Part shown: positions 1 through 9,912 of the stretch, piece after piece
Layout: every line of letters starts with the position of its first letter
Numbering within the stretch: position 1 is the stretch's first letter
Origin: Pseudomonadota bacterium
GTDB lineage: Bacteria; Myxococcota_A; UBA9160; PR03
DNA: 64,000 nucleotides
Direction of reading: 5' to 3'
Assembly (NCBI GenBank): GCA_003576805.1
Contig: QEVM01000003.1
Coordinates: 1,016-65,015, forward strand
Translations under genes and position numbers: made by a program
Notes under the pieces: generated by a model
Seen by the model: the letters and a program-made list of their open reading frames with translations, nothing else
The model's database searches: none
What the model was told of the DNA's origin: nothing

Positions 1-1773
1 GAGGGCCGCGCGACGCTGGCCGCCCCCGGCCCCGACGGCGACCTCACGCTGTGGACGTCCACGCAGACGCCGCATCTGGTGCGCAGCCGCGTCGCCGCGA
101 TCATGGGCTTCCCGGAGCAGAAGCTGCGCGTCGTCGGCCCCGACGTCGGCGGCGGCTTCGGCCTCAAGTGCCACGTCTTCGCGGAAGAGGTGCTCGCCTG
201 CTTCTTCGCGCGCGAGGTCGGGCGGCCGGTGAAGTGGATCGAGGACCGCCGCGAGCACTTCCTCGGCTCGTTCCACGCGAAGGACCTCGTCGTCGACTGC
301 GAGATGGGCTTCGACGCGGACGGCACGCTGCTCGGCATGCGCGCGGACATCATCGGCGATCTCGGCGCGTACAGCGCCGACCCGTGGCCGTCGCCGTTCG
401 AGGCGCTGCAGCTCGCGGCCGCGCTGCCCGGCCCGTACCGCGTGCGCCACTACGCCTACGACGTCCGCTGCGTGTGCACCAACAAGACGACGCTCAGCGT
501 CTACCGCGGCGTGGGACTGCCCGCCGCCGTGCTGGTGCAGGAGCAGCTGATGGACGTCGCGGCGCGCAAGCTCGGGCTCGACCCGGCCGAGATCCGCCGC
601 CGCAACCTGATCGCGCCCTCCGAGTTCCCGTACGACTCGATCACGGGGCTGCACTACGACAGCAGCAGCTCCAGCGACGCGCTCGAGAAGGGGCTCGCGG
701 CGATCGACTACGACGGCTTCCGCGCGCGCCAGCGCGCGGCGCGCGAGCAGGGCCGGCTGCTCGGGATCGGCATCTGCACCTACATCGAGATGACGACCTT
801 CGGCACGCACTACTGGGCGCCGCTCGGGATCGAGCACAGCGCCTACGAATCGGCGACGGTGCGCTTCGACGCGCAGGGCGGCGTCACGCTCTCGGTCGGC
901 ACCTTCTCGCACGGCCAGGGACACCACACGACGTACGCGCAGATGCTCGCCGACGAGCTCGGCATCGCGATCGAGGACGTCCGCTTCGAGCAGGGCGACA
1001 CCAGCGCGACGGCGTACGGCTGGGGCACCTGGGGCAGCCGCAGCGTGGTCGCGGGCGGCGGCGCCGTGGTCGGCGCGGCGCGCAAGGTGCGCGACAAGAT
1101 GATGCGCATCGCGTCGCACGTGCTCGAGGTCGCGCCCGAGGACCTCGAGATCGCGCCGGGCAAGATCGTGGTGAAGGGCGCGCCGCAGCGCTCGCTCGCC
1201 GTCCGCGAGATCGCGCGCATCGCGGTGTACTCCTCTTGGCGGCTGCCGCCCGGCGAGGACCCCGGCCTCGAGGCGACGCAGTACTACGATCCGCCGCCGG
1301 TCACGTTCGCGAACGCGACGCACATCGCGGAGGTGGAGATCGACCCCGGCACCGGCCGCGTCGAGATCCCGCGCTACCTCGTCGTCGAGGACTGCGGCGT
1401 GATGATCAATCCGCGCATCGTGGAGGCGCAGGTCGTCGGCGGCATCGCGCAGGGTCTCGGCAATGCGCTCTACGAGCACCACCTCTACGACGAGAACGGC
1501 CAGCTCCTGACGACGTCGCTGATGGACTACCTCGTGCCGACGGCCGCCGACGTGCCCGACGTGCGCGTCGAGCACATCGAGACGCCGACCCCGCTCACCG
1601 TGAACGGCGTGAAGGGCATGGGCGAGGGCGGGTCGATCGGCGCGCCCGCCGCGGTGCTGAACGCGGTGGCCGACGCGCTGGCGCCGTTCGGCGCGTCGGT
1701 GCGCGAGCTGCCGCTGCACCCCGAGCGCGTGTGGCGGCTGATCCACGAGTCGGGGAGCGACACGCGCGCGTGA
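1..1773 (+). CDS. Molybdopterin-binding large subunit of a xanthine dehydrogenase / aldehyde oxidase / CoxL-family hydroxylase (5' end outside window)
   Basis: Frame 1 is open from base 1. Translation contains 'LWTSTQTPH', 'GGGFGLK' and C-terminal 'NGVKGMGEGGSIGAPAAV', typical of Mo-hydroxylase large subunits. Strong GC3 bias. Confidence 0.85.
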   Translation, partial: EGRATLAAPGPDGDLTLWTSTQTPHLVRSRVAAIMGFPEQKLRVVGPDVGGGFGLKCHVFAEEVLACFFAREVGRPVKWIEDRREHFLGSFHAKDLVVDCEMGFDADGTLLGMRADIIGDLGAYSADPWPSPFEALQLAAALPGPYRVRHYAYDVRCVCTNKTTLSVYRGVGLPAAVLVQEQLMDVAARKLGLDPAEIRRRNLIAPSEFPYDSITGLHYDSSSSSDALEKGLAAIDYDGFRARQRAAREQGRLLGIGICTYIEMTTFGTHYWAPLGIEHSAYESATVRFDAQGGVTLSVGTFSHGQGHHTTYAQMLADELGIAIEDVRFEQGDTSATAYGWGTWGSRSVVAGGGAVVGAARKVRDKMMRIASHVLEVAPEDLEIAPGKIVVKGAPQRSLAVREIARIAVYSSWRLPPGEDPGLEATQYYDPPPVTFANATHIAEVEIDPGTGRVEIPRYLVVEDCGVMINPRIVEAQVVGGIAQGLGNALYEHHLYDENGQLLTTSLMDYLVPTAADVPDVRVEHIETPTPLTVNGVKGMGEGGSIGAPAAVLNAVADALAPFGASVRELPLHPERVWRLIHESGSDTRA

Positions 1774-1798
1774 CGAGCGCGCGAGGGAGGGAGGTCCG

Positions 1799-2368
1799 GT
1801 GCGACGCTGGATGATTCTCGGATGGCTGTGCCTCGCGGCGGCGCCGGCGCACGCGGCGGAGCCGGCGTCGATCGCGATCGGCACCACGAGCGTGCACATC
1901 GGCGCGGCGGAGAAGGACGTGCTGCCCGCGCTGCGCGAGCAGTTCGACGTCGAGCCGATCCGCGAGCACCTCTACCAGGTCGTCGACAAGAAGGACAAGA
2001 GCGCGGTCGCCGGCATCGTCGAGGTGCGCGAGGGCAAGGTCACGTTCGCGAGCCGCGACCTCGGCGCCTTCGAAGGCGAGGGCGTGAAGAGCTTCGGCAA
2101 GGCGCTCTTCAAGGCGGTCGACGACGCGAAGGAGGCCGGCGAGCAGCCGATCCACATCGACACGCAGATCGAGCAGAACCAGACCTACGCGCTCAAGATG
2201 ATCACGCTGACGTTCCCGGGCCGGAGGATCGTGCTCTACCTCGGCGCGGACGGCGGCGCCGTGGACGCGTCGATGGAAGAGATCCTGACGCGCGAAGAGG
2301 ACGCGGTGCCGCAGCGCGCGCGGCAGGCCGCGAGCGAAGCGCCGAAGCCGAAGAGCGAAGCGAAGTAG
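1799..2368 (+). CDS. Secreted hypothetical protein
   Basis: GTG start 4 nt after GGGAGGGAGG. N-terminus MRRWMILGWLCLAAAPAHA/AEP looks like a Sec signal peptide. Lys/Glu-rich tail. No family recognised. Confidence 0.6.
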   Translation: MRRWMILGWLCLAAAPAHAAEPASIAIGTTSVHIGAAEKDVLPALREQFDVEPIREHLYQVVDKKDKSAVAGIVEVREGKVTFASRDLGAFEGEGVKSFGKALFKAVDDAKEAGEQPIHIDTQIEQNQTYALKMITLTFPGRRIVLYLGADGGAVDASMEEILTREEDAVPQRARQAASEAPKPKSEAK

Positions 2369-2513
2369 CGCTCGAAGCGGAGCCGCACTCACGAGATCTC
2401 GCGGCGCGAGATACCGCGAAGCGGCGACATGTCGCGACGCGCGCCGGCGTCAGCATTTTTTCATCGGTCGCGCGAAATGAGCGTGTAGAATGCGCGCCTC
2501 ACGGGAGGCCCCA

Positions 2514-3548
2514 GTGGCGATCGCACCGCTCGATGCACTCAGTCGCCTGCGCGAGATCGGGCTCGGATTCGCGGTCTCGCAGTCGTTCTTCGCGGCGTGC
2601 GAGATGGGCGTCTTCGACCTCCTCGAAGGCGGGCCGAAGACGCTGGACGCGCTCGCGAGCGAGCTGAAGGTCGAGGCGGAGGGGCTGCGGCGCCTGCTCG
2701 TCGTGCTGCACCGGCTCCAGCTCGTCGAGCGCCGCGGCGACACCTTCTCGAACTCCGAGCTGGGCAGCTTCCTCACCAGCAGCTCGCGCTACCACATGAA
2801 CGGCCTCGCCAAGATCGAGAAGTTCGTCCGCATGTGGGAGTACCTGCCCGACGCGCTGAAGACGTACGGTCCGGTGTGGGTGCAGGCGTTCGGCGTTCCG
2901 AGCCAGGAGATCTTCGTCGAGCTCTACGCGGATCCGGTGCAGCTCCGCCGCTTCTGCGACTACATGGACTCCTACAGCGTCGCGATCGGCGAGGAGATCG
3001 CGGAGCGCTACGACTTCTCGAAGCACCGCTGCATCCTCGACGTCGCGGGCGGCCCGGGCGGGCTCTCGCGCACGATCGGACAGCGCCATCCGCACCTGCA
3101 CGGGATCGTGATGGACCTGCCGCCGGTGCTCGAGGTGACGCGCGAGCGGATCGCGGCGGCCGGCCTCTCGGACCGCTATCGCACCGAGACCGCCGACCTC
3201 TTCGAGGGTCCGTATCCGAAGGGCGCGGACGTCGCGACGCTGAGCTGGATCCTGCACGACTGGAACGACGAGAAGGCGCTCGCGATCCTGCGACACTGCC
3301 ACGAGGCGCTGCCGCCGGACGGCGTGCTGCTGATCAGCGAGATGGTGATGAACGACGACTTCTCGGGATCGTCGCTGTGGAGCGAGGTCTACTCGCTGTT
3401 CATGCTCGTGTGCTGCGAGTCGAGCGGACGCGAGCGCACCGAGTCGGAGCACCGCGCGCTGCTGCGCGAGGCGGGCTTCGCGTCGGCCGAGATCCTGCGC
3501 TCGCACGGGCCGCGCGACCTCGTCGTCGCGCGAAAAGTCGCGAAGTAG
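2514..3548 (+). CDS. Class I SAM-dependent O-methyltransferase (family-2 type with N-terminal dimerisation domain)
   Basis: 'ILDVAGGPGG' SAM glycine loop, 'VMDLP' and 'LSWILHDWNDE' motifs. GTG 2514 sits 5 nt after GGGAGG. ATG 2490 is an alternative start but overlaps a TAGAAT -10-like box. Confidence 0.85.
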   Translation: MAIAPLDALSRLREIGLGFAVSQSFFAACEMGVFDLLEGGPKTLDALASELKVEAEGLRRLLVVLHRLQLVERRGDTFSNSELGSFLTSSSRYHMNGLAKIEKFVRMWEYLPDALKTYGPVWVQAFGVPSQEIFVELYADPVQLRRFCDYMDSYSVAIGEEIAERYDFSKHRCILDVAGGPGGLSRTIGQRHPHLHGIVMDLPPVLEVTRERIAAAGLSDRYRTETADLFEGPYPKGADVATLSWILHDWNDEKALAILRHCHEALPPDGVLLISEMVMNDDFSGSSLWSEVYSLFMLVCCESSGRERTESEHRALLREAGFASAEILRSHGPRDLVVARKVAK

Positions 3549-3561
3549 CGCGCGCCGAGCA

Positions 3562-3604
3562 GCGCGAGATTTCGCCAGCCGCGAAAGCGTGCGCGAGATT
3601 TCGC
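3562..3604. repeat. Two perfect copies of GCGCGAGATTTCGC, 29 bp apart, in the OMT-LLM intergenic region
   Basis: Read directly: 3562-3575 and 3591-3604. Each contains the half-site pair GCGA-N4-TCGC. Confidence 0.85.
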
Positions 3605-3821
3605 GAGCGCCTGTCGGGACGGCGTCGTCGTGGCGCCGCGGCCGTGCGCGCGCGGCGCCCCCAAGTAGCCGGTCTTCCGAGGATTCGCGCGCGGTCGCGG
3701 CGAGGCGTGCGAAGGTCTCGTCTTGGTACGGGGATTGCTCAACCGGGGAGCAGGAGCGGCGCCCCGAGGCGCGAGTCGCCGCGAGTTTCCGTTCGGCCGT
3801 TCGGAGAGGGGGAGAGCACGC

Positions 3822-4835
3822 GTGAAATCCAGCCTCGTCTATTCGCTCCACGGGTTCGAGTACAACGATCCGTACCGGACCTTCCGTGAGACGCTCGAGC
3901 AGATCCAGTTGGCCGAGCAGGTCGGCTTCGACACGGCGCTCATCACGGAGCACCACGTGGTCGAGACGGGCTACTTCCCCGCGCCGCTGATCACGAGCGC
4001 AGCGCTCGCGCTCGCGACGCAGAGCATCCGGCTCGGCACCGGCGTGCTGCTGCTGCCGCTCTACGACCCGCTGCACGTCGCCGAGCACGCCGCCATGGTG
4101 GACATCGTCTCGAACGGACGTCTCGTGTTGGGCGTCGGCTACGGCTACCGGCAGGAGGAGTTCGACGCCTTCAAGGTGCGCCTCGAGGATCGGCCCGGCC
4201 GCTTGAAGGAAGGCATCGAGGTGATCCGCGCGATGTGGACCGAGCCCGTCGTGAACTACGCGGGCAAGTTCTTCCAGTACGAGAACGTGACGATGCGCCC
4301 GCAGCCGATCACCAAGCCGCACCCGCCGATCTGGATGGCGGCGAAGCAGGAGGGCGCCGTGCGCCAGGCCGCGCGCATCGCCGACGCCTGGTTCGCCGAT
4401 CCGGTGACGCCGCTCAGCGTGCAGCGCGACCGCTTGAAGGCCTACGAGGACACGCTCGCGAAGGTGGGCAAGCCCACCAAGGGCTACGACATGCCGGTCT
4501 ACCGCGAGGCGTTCTGCGCCGAGACGGACGAGGAGGCGTGGGCGCTCGCCAAGGACGGCGTGCTGTTCATCTACCAGGAGTACCTGGACTGGGGCCACCT
4601 GCTCGACGAGCAGGGCAAGCCGGTCCCGGCGGGCACGAAGGGCGCGCTCGAGATGCTGCGCAAGCGCTTCATCATCGGCAGCCCCGAGACCTGCATCCGC
4701 GAGTGCAAGCAGCTCGAGCAGGACATGGGCTGCACCAACGTCGTGATGCGCATGAAGTTCCCGGGCATCGCGCAGGACAAGGTGCTGAACGCGATCCGGC
4801 TGTGGGGCGAGCGCGTCGTTCCCGCGATCCGCTGA
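3822..4835 (+). CDS. Luciferase-like (LLM-class) flavin-dependent oxidoreductase
   Basis: 'AEQVGFDTALITEHH', 'RLGTGVLLLPLYDPLHVAEHAAMVDIVSNGRLVLGVGYGY' are the classic LLM fold signature. GTG 3822 follows GGAGAGGGGGAGAG. Confidence 0.85.
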   Translation: MKSSLVYSLHGFEYNDPYRTFRETLEQIQLAEQVGFDTALITEHHVVETGYFPAPLITSAALALATQSIRLGTGVLLLPLYDPLHVAEHAAMVDIVSNGRLVLGVGYGYRQEEFDAFKVRLEDRPGRLKEGIEVIRAMWTEPVVNYAGKFFQYENVTMRPQPITKPHPPIWMAAKQEGAVRQAARIADAWFADPVTPLSVQRDRLKAYEDTLAKVGKPTKGYDMPVYREAFCAETDEEAWALAKDGVLFIYQEYLDWGHLLDEQGKPVPAGTKGALEMLRKRFIIGSPETCIRECKQLEQDMGCTNVVMRMKFPGIAQDKVLNAIRLWGERVVPAIR

Positions 4836-4843
4836 GAGCGAAC

Positions 4844-6007
4844 ATGGACTTCCGCCTCACCGAGGAGCAGCGAGCGCTCCAGGAAGCCGCCCGCGCCTTC
4901 GCGCGCGAGCGGCTGCCCGAGGTCGCGCGGCAGTGCGAGGAGACGGCGCAGCCGGTGCCCGGCGCGGTCATGAAGGAGTACGCGGAGCTCGGCTTCCTCG
5001 GCGTCAACGTCGCCGCGGAGCACGGCGGGCTCGGGCTCGGCAACCTCGAGGCGCTGCTCGTGCTCGAGGAGTTCGCGAAGATCTCGTCGGCGGTCGCGTT
5101 CCCGGTGTTCGAGTCGTCGGTCGGGCCGGTGCGCGCGATCGAAAAGTTCGGCAACGACGCGCTGAAGCGGCGCATCATCCCGCGCGTCACGGCCGGCGAG
5201 CTGATGGTCGCCGTCGCGATGTCCGAGCCGAACGCCGGCTCGGCGCTCACCGACCTGACGACGCGCGCGCGCATCGACGGCGACTCCGTCGTCCTGCACG
5301 GCACCAAGCGCTGGTGCTCGGGCGCGGGCCACAGCGGCGCGTACCTCGTGTACTGCCGCATGTCCGACGACCCCGGCGCGAAGGGCATCGGCGCGGTCGT
5401 GGTCGAGATGGAGACGCCCGGGCTCTCGTTCGGCGAGCAGGAGTCGATGATGGGCTTCCGCGGCGTCGCCTCCGCGGACATCTTCCTCGACGACGTGCGC
5501 GTGCCGCGCGAGAACGTCGTGGTCGGGCCGGGCGGCGGCTTCAAGAAGCTGATGGAGGCCTTCGACCTCGAGCGCTGCGGCAACGCGACGATGGCGCTCG
5601 GTACGGCGGCCGGCGCGCTCGAGGACGTCGTCCAGTACGTCCAGGAGCGCCACCAGTTCGGCAAGCCGATCATCGACTTCCAGGCCGTGCAGCTGCGCAT
5701 CGCCGAGATGAAGATGAAGACCGAGGCGGCCCGCCTGCTGATCCACCGCGCCGCCTGCAACTCCGCCGACGGGCTGCCGAGCCTCGCGGAGAGCTCGATC
5801 GCCAAGTGCTTCGCGAACGAGATCGCGCGCGAGGTGACCGGCCACGCCGTGCAGCTGATGGGTGGCTACGGCTACTCGCGCGAGTATCCCGCCGAGCGCC
5901 GCATGCGCGACGCCTGGGGCTGGGGGATCGCGGGCGGCGCGATCGACATCCAGAAGACCAACATCGCGAGCGCGCTCGTCGGCCGCCGCTTCGATCAGCG
6001 TCGCTGA
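4844..6007 (+). CDS. Acyl-CoA dehydrogenase
   Basis: 'MDFRLTEEQ', 'AVAMSEPNAGSALTDL', 'GTKRWCSGAG' and 'QLMGGYGYSREYPAERRMRDA' match ACAD N-terminal, middle and C-terminal domains. ATG lies 9 nt after the upstream stop. Confidence 0.9.
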   Translation: MDFRLTEEQRALQEAARAFARERLPEVARQCEETAQPVPGAVMKEYAELGFLGVNVAAEHGGLGLGNLEALLVLEEFAKISSAVAFPVFESSVGPVRAIEKFGNDALKRRIIPRVTAGELMVAVAMSEPNAGSALTDLTTRARIDGDSVVLHGTKRWCSGAGHSGAYLVYCRMSDDPGAKGIGAVVVEMETPGLSFGEQESMMGFRGVASADIFLDDVRVPRENVVVGPGGGFKKLMEAFDLERCGNATMALGTAAGALEDVVQYVQERHQFGKPIIDFQAVQLRIAEMKMKTEAARLLIHRAACNSADGLPSLAESSIAKCFANEIAREVTGHAVQLMGGYGYSREYPAERRMRDAWGWGIAGGAIDIQKTNIASALVGRRFDQRR

Positions 6008-6031
6008 CGTTTCCCGAGAGGAGCTCGCCGC

Positions 6032-7243
6032 ATGGCACGCAACACTCCGCGCGGCGCGCTCGACGGCGTTCGGGTGGTCGATCTCTCGCGCGTGCTCGGC
6101 GGTCCGTACGCGACGCAGATCCTCGGCGATCACGGCGCGGACGTGATCAAGGTCGAGCCGCCGCAGGGCGACGAGACGCGCGAGTGGGGACCGCCGTTCC
6201 GCGACGACGGCGGCCGGCGCGGCCCGAGCTCGTACTACCTGAACATCAACCGCAACAAGCGCGGCCTCGCGATCGACCTCACGAAGCAGGAAGGGCGCGC
6301 GATCGTCTTCCGCATGCTCGAAGGCGCCGACGTGCTGGTCGAGAACTTCAAGATCGGCACGCTCGAGCGCTGGGGCATGGGCTGGGACGTGCTCTCGGAA
6401 CGCTTCCCGCGCCTCGTGCACTGCCGCGTGTCGGGCTTCGGCGCCGACGGGCCGCTCGGCGGCATGCCCGGCTACGACGCGGTCGTGCAGACGATGACGG
6501 GGCTCTCGAGCGTGACCGGCTCGGTCGAGTCGGGCCCGGTCAAGATGGGCACGCCGGTCGTCGACCTCGCGAGCGGGCTCAACGCGGTGATCGGGATCCT
6601 GCTCGCGCTGCGCGAGCGCGACCGCACCGGTCGCGGGCAGTTCGTCGAGATCGCGCTCTACGACGTCGGCGTCTCGCTGCTGCACCCGCACACGGCCAAC
6701 TGGATCTGGGGCAAGCGCATGCCCAAGCTGGTCGGCAACGCGCACCCGAACCTCTCGCCGTACGACCTGTTCCCGACGCGCACGCGCCCGATCTTCCTCG
6801 GCTGCGGCAACAACGGGCAGTTCCGCAAGGCGGCGCAGGTGCTCGGCGCGCCCGAGCTGGCCGACGATCCGCGCTTCGCCGACGTCGTGTCGCGCAACGA
6901 GAACCGCGCGCCGCTCACCGAGGAGCTGACGAAGCTGTTCGCGAAGGTGGACGGCGTCGCGATCGCGCGCACGTTGCTCGAGGCCGGCGTGCCCGCCGGC
7001 ACGCTCAACAACGTGCAGGAGGTCGTCGAGGATCCGCAGACCGCGGTGCGCGGCATGCTCCTCGAGTCCGGCGACTACAAGGGCGTCGCGAGCGCGCCCA
7101 AGCTGTCCGCGACGCCCGCCGCGCTGCGCCGCACGCCCCCCGACTTCGGCGCGCACAACGACGAGGTGCTGCGCGAGCTCGGCTACGGCGACGAGGAGAT
7201 CGAGGCGTTGGTGCGCGCGGGCGCGGTGGTTCGCGCCGGCTGA
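6032..7243 (+). CDS. Family III CoA-transferase (CaiB/BaiF type)
   Basis: '[39 protein letters not shown]' is the canonical CaiB/BaiF N-terminus. GAGAGGAG RBS. Confidence 0.9.
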   Translation: MARNTPRGALDGVRVVDLSRVLGGPYATQILGDHGADVIKVEPPQGDETREWGPPFRDDGGRRGPSSYYLNINRNKRGLAIDLTKQEGRAIVFRMLEGADVLVENFKIGTLERWGMGWDVLSERFPRLVHCRVSGFGADGPLGGMPGYDAVVQTMTGLSSVTGSVESGPVKMGTPVVDLASGLNAVIGILLALRERDRTGRGQFVEIALYDVGVSLLHPHTANWIWGKRMPKLVGNAHPNLSPYDLFPTRTRPIFLGCGNNGQFRKAAQVLGAPELADDPRFADVVSRNENRAPLTEELTKLFAKVDGVAIARTLLEAGVPAGTLNNVQEVVEDPQTAVRGMLLESGDYKGVASAPKLSATPAALRRTPPDFGAHNDEVLRELGYGDEEIEALVRAGAVVRAG

Positions 7244-7276
7244 GCAGGCGGCGGCGAGGTCGCAGGGGGAGGGACG

Positions 7277-8707
7277 ATGCGGGGCGTCCGCGGCCGGGAT
7301 CCGGCCGCCGTGTTCGTGTTCTGGCTGTTGCTGCCGTGGGTCGCGGTGGCGGAGGGGGCGGCCGTCGAGATCGAGGCCGCGCGGCGGCGCTTCGGCTCGA
7401 TCGAGGCGCGCGTGCGCGAAGCCGAGACGCAGCTCCGCGCCGTCGAGCGGCGCATCGCGTCGCAGCAGGCGCTGCTCGAGTCCGCGGCGCTCGCGGAGGG
7501 CCGCGGCGACGCGTCGGGGCTCGCCGGCTTCTGGCAGCGCGTGCACGTCGGCGGCTGGCTGTCGGCGTCGTACCTCTACTCGCTGAACGATCCCGACGAC
7601 GCCGCCAACTGCGCCGACGTGCTCGGCGCGCCGAGCGGCAGCCGCAGCGAGTGCGGCTTCGCGGCGGGCGGGCTCGCCAACACGCTGCGCGGCGCGAGCG
7701 GCCGGCTCGGCCTGATCTCGCCCGATCACAACTCGTTCTCGTTCGAGCAGGCGTGGCTCGAGCTCGAGCACGCCGCGACCGAGGAGCACCGCGGCGGCTT
7801 CCGCATCGACTGGGCCTACGGCAAGACGGCGGGGCTCGCGTGGTCGGAGGGCGTCGCGAACCGCTCGGAGGCGCGCGACGACACCGGCTTCTACATCTTC
7901 CAGACCTACGCGCAGTACCTGCTGCCGTTCGGCTTCGGCGGCGAGGACACGCTGCTCAAGGCGGGCGCCTTCTACACGCACATCGGTGTCGAGGCGCTCC
8001 AGACCGTCTGGAACTGGAACATCACGCGCAGCAACGTGTGGAGCCTGATGGAGCCGAGCAACCACCTCGGCGTGCAGGCCAGCGGCGCGATCGGCGAGAG
8101 CGGCTTCGACTGGATGTTCGGCGTGGTGAACGGCTTCTGGCTCGACGACCCCGACCGCAACGACGGCAAGACGCTGACCGCGCACCTCGGCTGGACGGGC
8201 GAGACGGTCGCGGTCTCGGCCAACGCGATCTGGGGACCCGAGCAGCTCGGCTTCGACGGCGACCAGAGCGGCGTCGCGCACCTGCTGCTGCGCTGGGATC
8301 CGACCGAGCGCTTCGCGACCTACCTGAGCGCCGACTACGGCTGGGCGGAGACCGCCGGCGATCCGTGGGGGATCGGCGTCGCGTGGGCGGCGCGCTTGGC
8401 GCTCACCGACCGCACGGGGATCGCCGTGCGCGCGGACTGGGCGCACGACGGCGACCGCTACTTCGGCCTGCGCAACGAGCGCGGCGAGCCGACCGACGCG
8501 CACGTCTGGAGCCTCACCGCGACGCTCGACCATCGGCTCACCAGCCACTTCATGCTGCGCGGCGAGCTGCGCTGGGACGCGATCACCAAGGAAGACGGCC
8601 CGGACGGCGAGTTCTTCCGCGGCAAGCGCTACCGCCGCGGCCTCGACGACGACCAGGTCCTGGTCGCGGTCGAGGCGATCTACCATTTCAACGGCTTCGG
8701 CAACTAG
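7277..8707 (+). CDS. Outer-membrane beta-barrel porin-like protein with N-terminal coiled coil
   Basis: Signal peptide (VFVFWLLLPWVAVAEG), coiled-coil stretch, then alternating aromatic/Gly-rich strands ending 'AIYHFNGFGN'. Family assignment not verified. Confidence 0.55.
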   Translation: MRGVRGRDPAAVFVFWLLLPWVAVAEGAAVEIEAARRRFGSIEARVREAETQLRAVERRIASQQALLESAALAEGRGDASGLAGFWQRVHVGGWLSASYLYSLNDPDDAANCADVLGAPSGSRSECGFAAGGLANTLRGASGRLGLISPDHNSFSFEQAWLELEHAATEEHRGGFRIDWAYGKTAGLAWSEGVANRSEARDDTGFYIFQTYAQYLLPFGFGGEDTLLKAGAFYTHIGVEALQTVWNWNITRSNVWSLMEPSNHLGVQASGAIGESGFDWMFGVVNGFWLDDPDRNDGKTLTAHLGWTGETVAVSANAIWGPEQLGFDGDQSGVAHLLLRWDPTERFATYLSADYGWAETAGDPWGIGVAWAARLALTDRTGIAVRADWAHDGDRYFGLRNERGEPTDAHVWSLTATLDHRLTSHFMLRGELRWDAITKEDGPDGEFFRGKRYRRGLDDDQVLVAVEAIYHFNGFGN

Positions 8708-8745
8708 GCTCGGCGACGAGGTCCGGCCCGAGCGCGAGGAACGAC

Positions 8746-9909
8746 GTGGACTTCACCCCCGACGAAGATCACGAGGCGATCGCCGACGCGGTGCGCCGCG
8801 TGTGCGCGGACTTCTCCGACGACTACTGGGCGCAGTGCGAGCGCGACCACCGCTTCCCGACCGAGTTCTACGCGCGCATGGCGGAGGGCGGCTGGCTCGG
8901 CATCGCGATCCCCGAGGAGTACGGCGGCGGCGGCCGCGGCATCGCCGAGGCGGCGATCGTGCTGAACGAGGTCGCGAAGAGCGGCGCCGCGATGAACGGC
9001 TGCTCGGCGCTGCACCTCACCATCTTCGGCCTGAACCCGGTGGTGAAGTTCGGCAGCGAGCGCCTGAAGCGCGCGTTCCTGCCGCGCGCCGCGGCGGGCG
9101 AGCTGCACGTCGCGTTCGGCGTGACCGAGCCCGACGCGGGCACCGACACCTCGCGCATCTCGACGCGCGCCGACGCCGACGGCCACGGCAACTACGTCGT
9201 CAACGGCCACAAGATCTGGACCACGAAGGCGCTCGAGTCGGAGGTCGTGCTGCTGCTCGCGCGCACCGACCCGCGGCCGGACGCGCGCTTCAAGGGCCTC
9301 TCGCTGTTCCTCGCCGATCTCGACCGCGATCACTGCACGATCCGCCCGATCCCGAAGATGGGCCGCAACGCGGTCGCCTCGTGCGAGGTCTTCTACGACG
9401 CGATGCCGGTCGAAGGCTGGCGGCTCGTCGGCAAGGAGGGGGAGGGCTTCACGCAGCTCCTCCACGGCTTCAACCCCGAGCGCATCCTGCTCGCCGCCGA
9501 GGCGATCGGCATCGGCGAGGTCGCGCTGCGGCGCGCCGTCTCGTACGCGAAGGCGCGCGAGGTGTTCGGGCGCCCGATCGGCGCCAACCAGTCGATCGCG
9601 CATCCGCTCGCGTTGGCGCACGTGCAGCTCCGCGCGGCGTGGCAGATGGTGATGCTCGCCGCCTGGCGCTACGACCGCGGCCTCGACTGCGGCGAGGCCG
9701 CCAACACGGCGAAGTACCTCGCCGCCGAGGCGAGCTGGTTCGCCGCCGACCGCGCCGTGCAGACGCTCGGCGGCATGGGCTACGCGAGCGAGCACCACGT
9801 CGAGCGCTACTTCCGCGAAGCCCGCCTCCAGCGCATCGCGCCCGTCAGCCAGGAGATGACGCTGAACTACGTCGCGCAGACGGTGCTCGGCCTGCCGCGC
9901 AGCTACTGA
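8746..9909 (+). CDS. Acyl-CoA dehydrogenase (second copy)
   Basis: 'VDFTPDEDHEAI', 'AFGVTEPDAGTDTS', 'GHKIWTTKA' and 'QTLGGMGYASEHHVERYFREARL' are ACAD motifs. GTG start after GAGGAA. Confidence 0.9.
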   Translation: MDFTPDEDHEAIADAVRRVCADFSDDYWAQCERDHRFPTEFYARMAEGGWLGIAIPEEYGGGGRGIAEAAIVLNEVAKSGAAMNGCSALHLTIFGLNPVVKFGSERLKRAFLPRAAAGELHVAFGVTEPDAGTDTSRISTRADADGHGNYVVNGHKIWTTKALESEVVLLLARTDPRPDARFKGLSLFLADLDRDHCTIRPIPKMGRNAVASCEVFYDAMPVEGWRLVGKEGEGFTQLLHGFNPERILLAAEAIGIGEVALRRAVSYAKAREVFGRPIGANQSIAHPLALAHVQLRAAWQMVMLAAWRYDRGLDCGEAANTAKYLAAEASWFAADRAVQTLGGMGYASEHHVERYFREARLQRIAPVSQEMTLNYVAQTVLGLPRSY

Positions 9910-9912
9910 GGC

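Noticed and set aside
4571-8686. 1371-aa minus-strand ORF
   Set aside because: It is antisense to four well-supported plus-strand genes (ACAD, CoA-transferase, porin and others). The translation is Arg/Ala/Pro/Gly low-complexity with no motifs, a typical high-GC shadow ORF.
4933-9909. 1658-aa plus-strand ORF
   Set aside because: Only the last 387 codons (from GTG 8746) are a real acyl-CoA dehydrogenase. The upstream part is an off-frame read-through of other genes.
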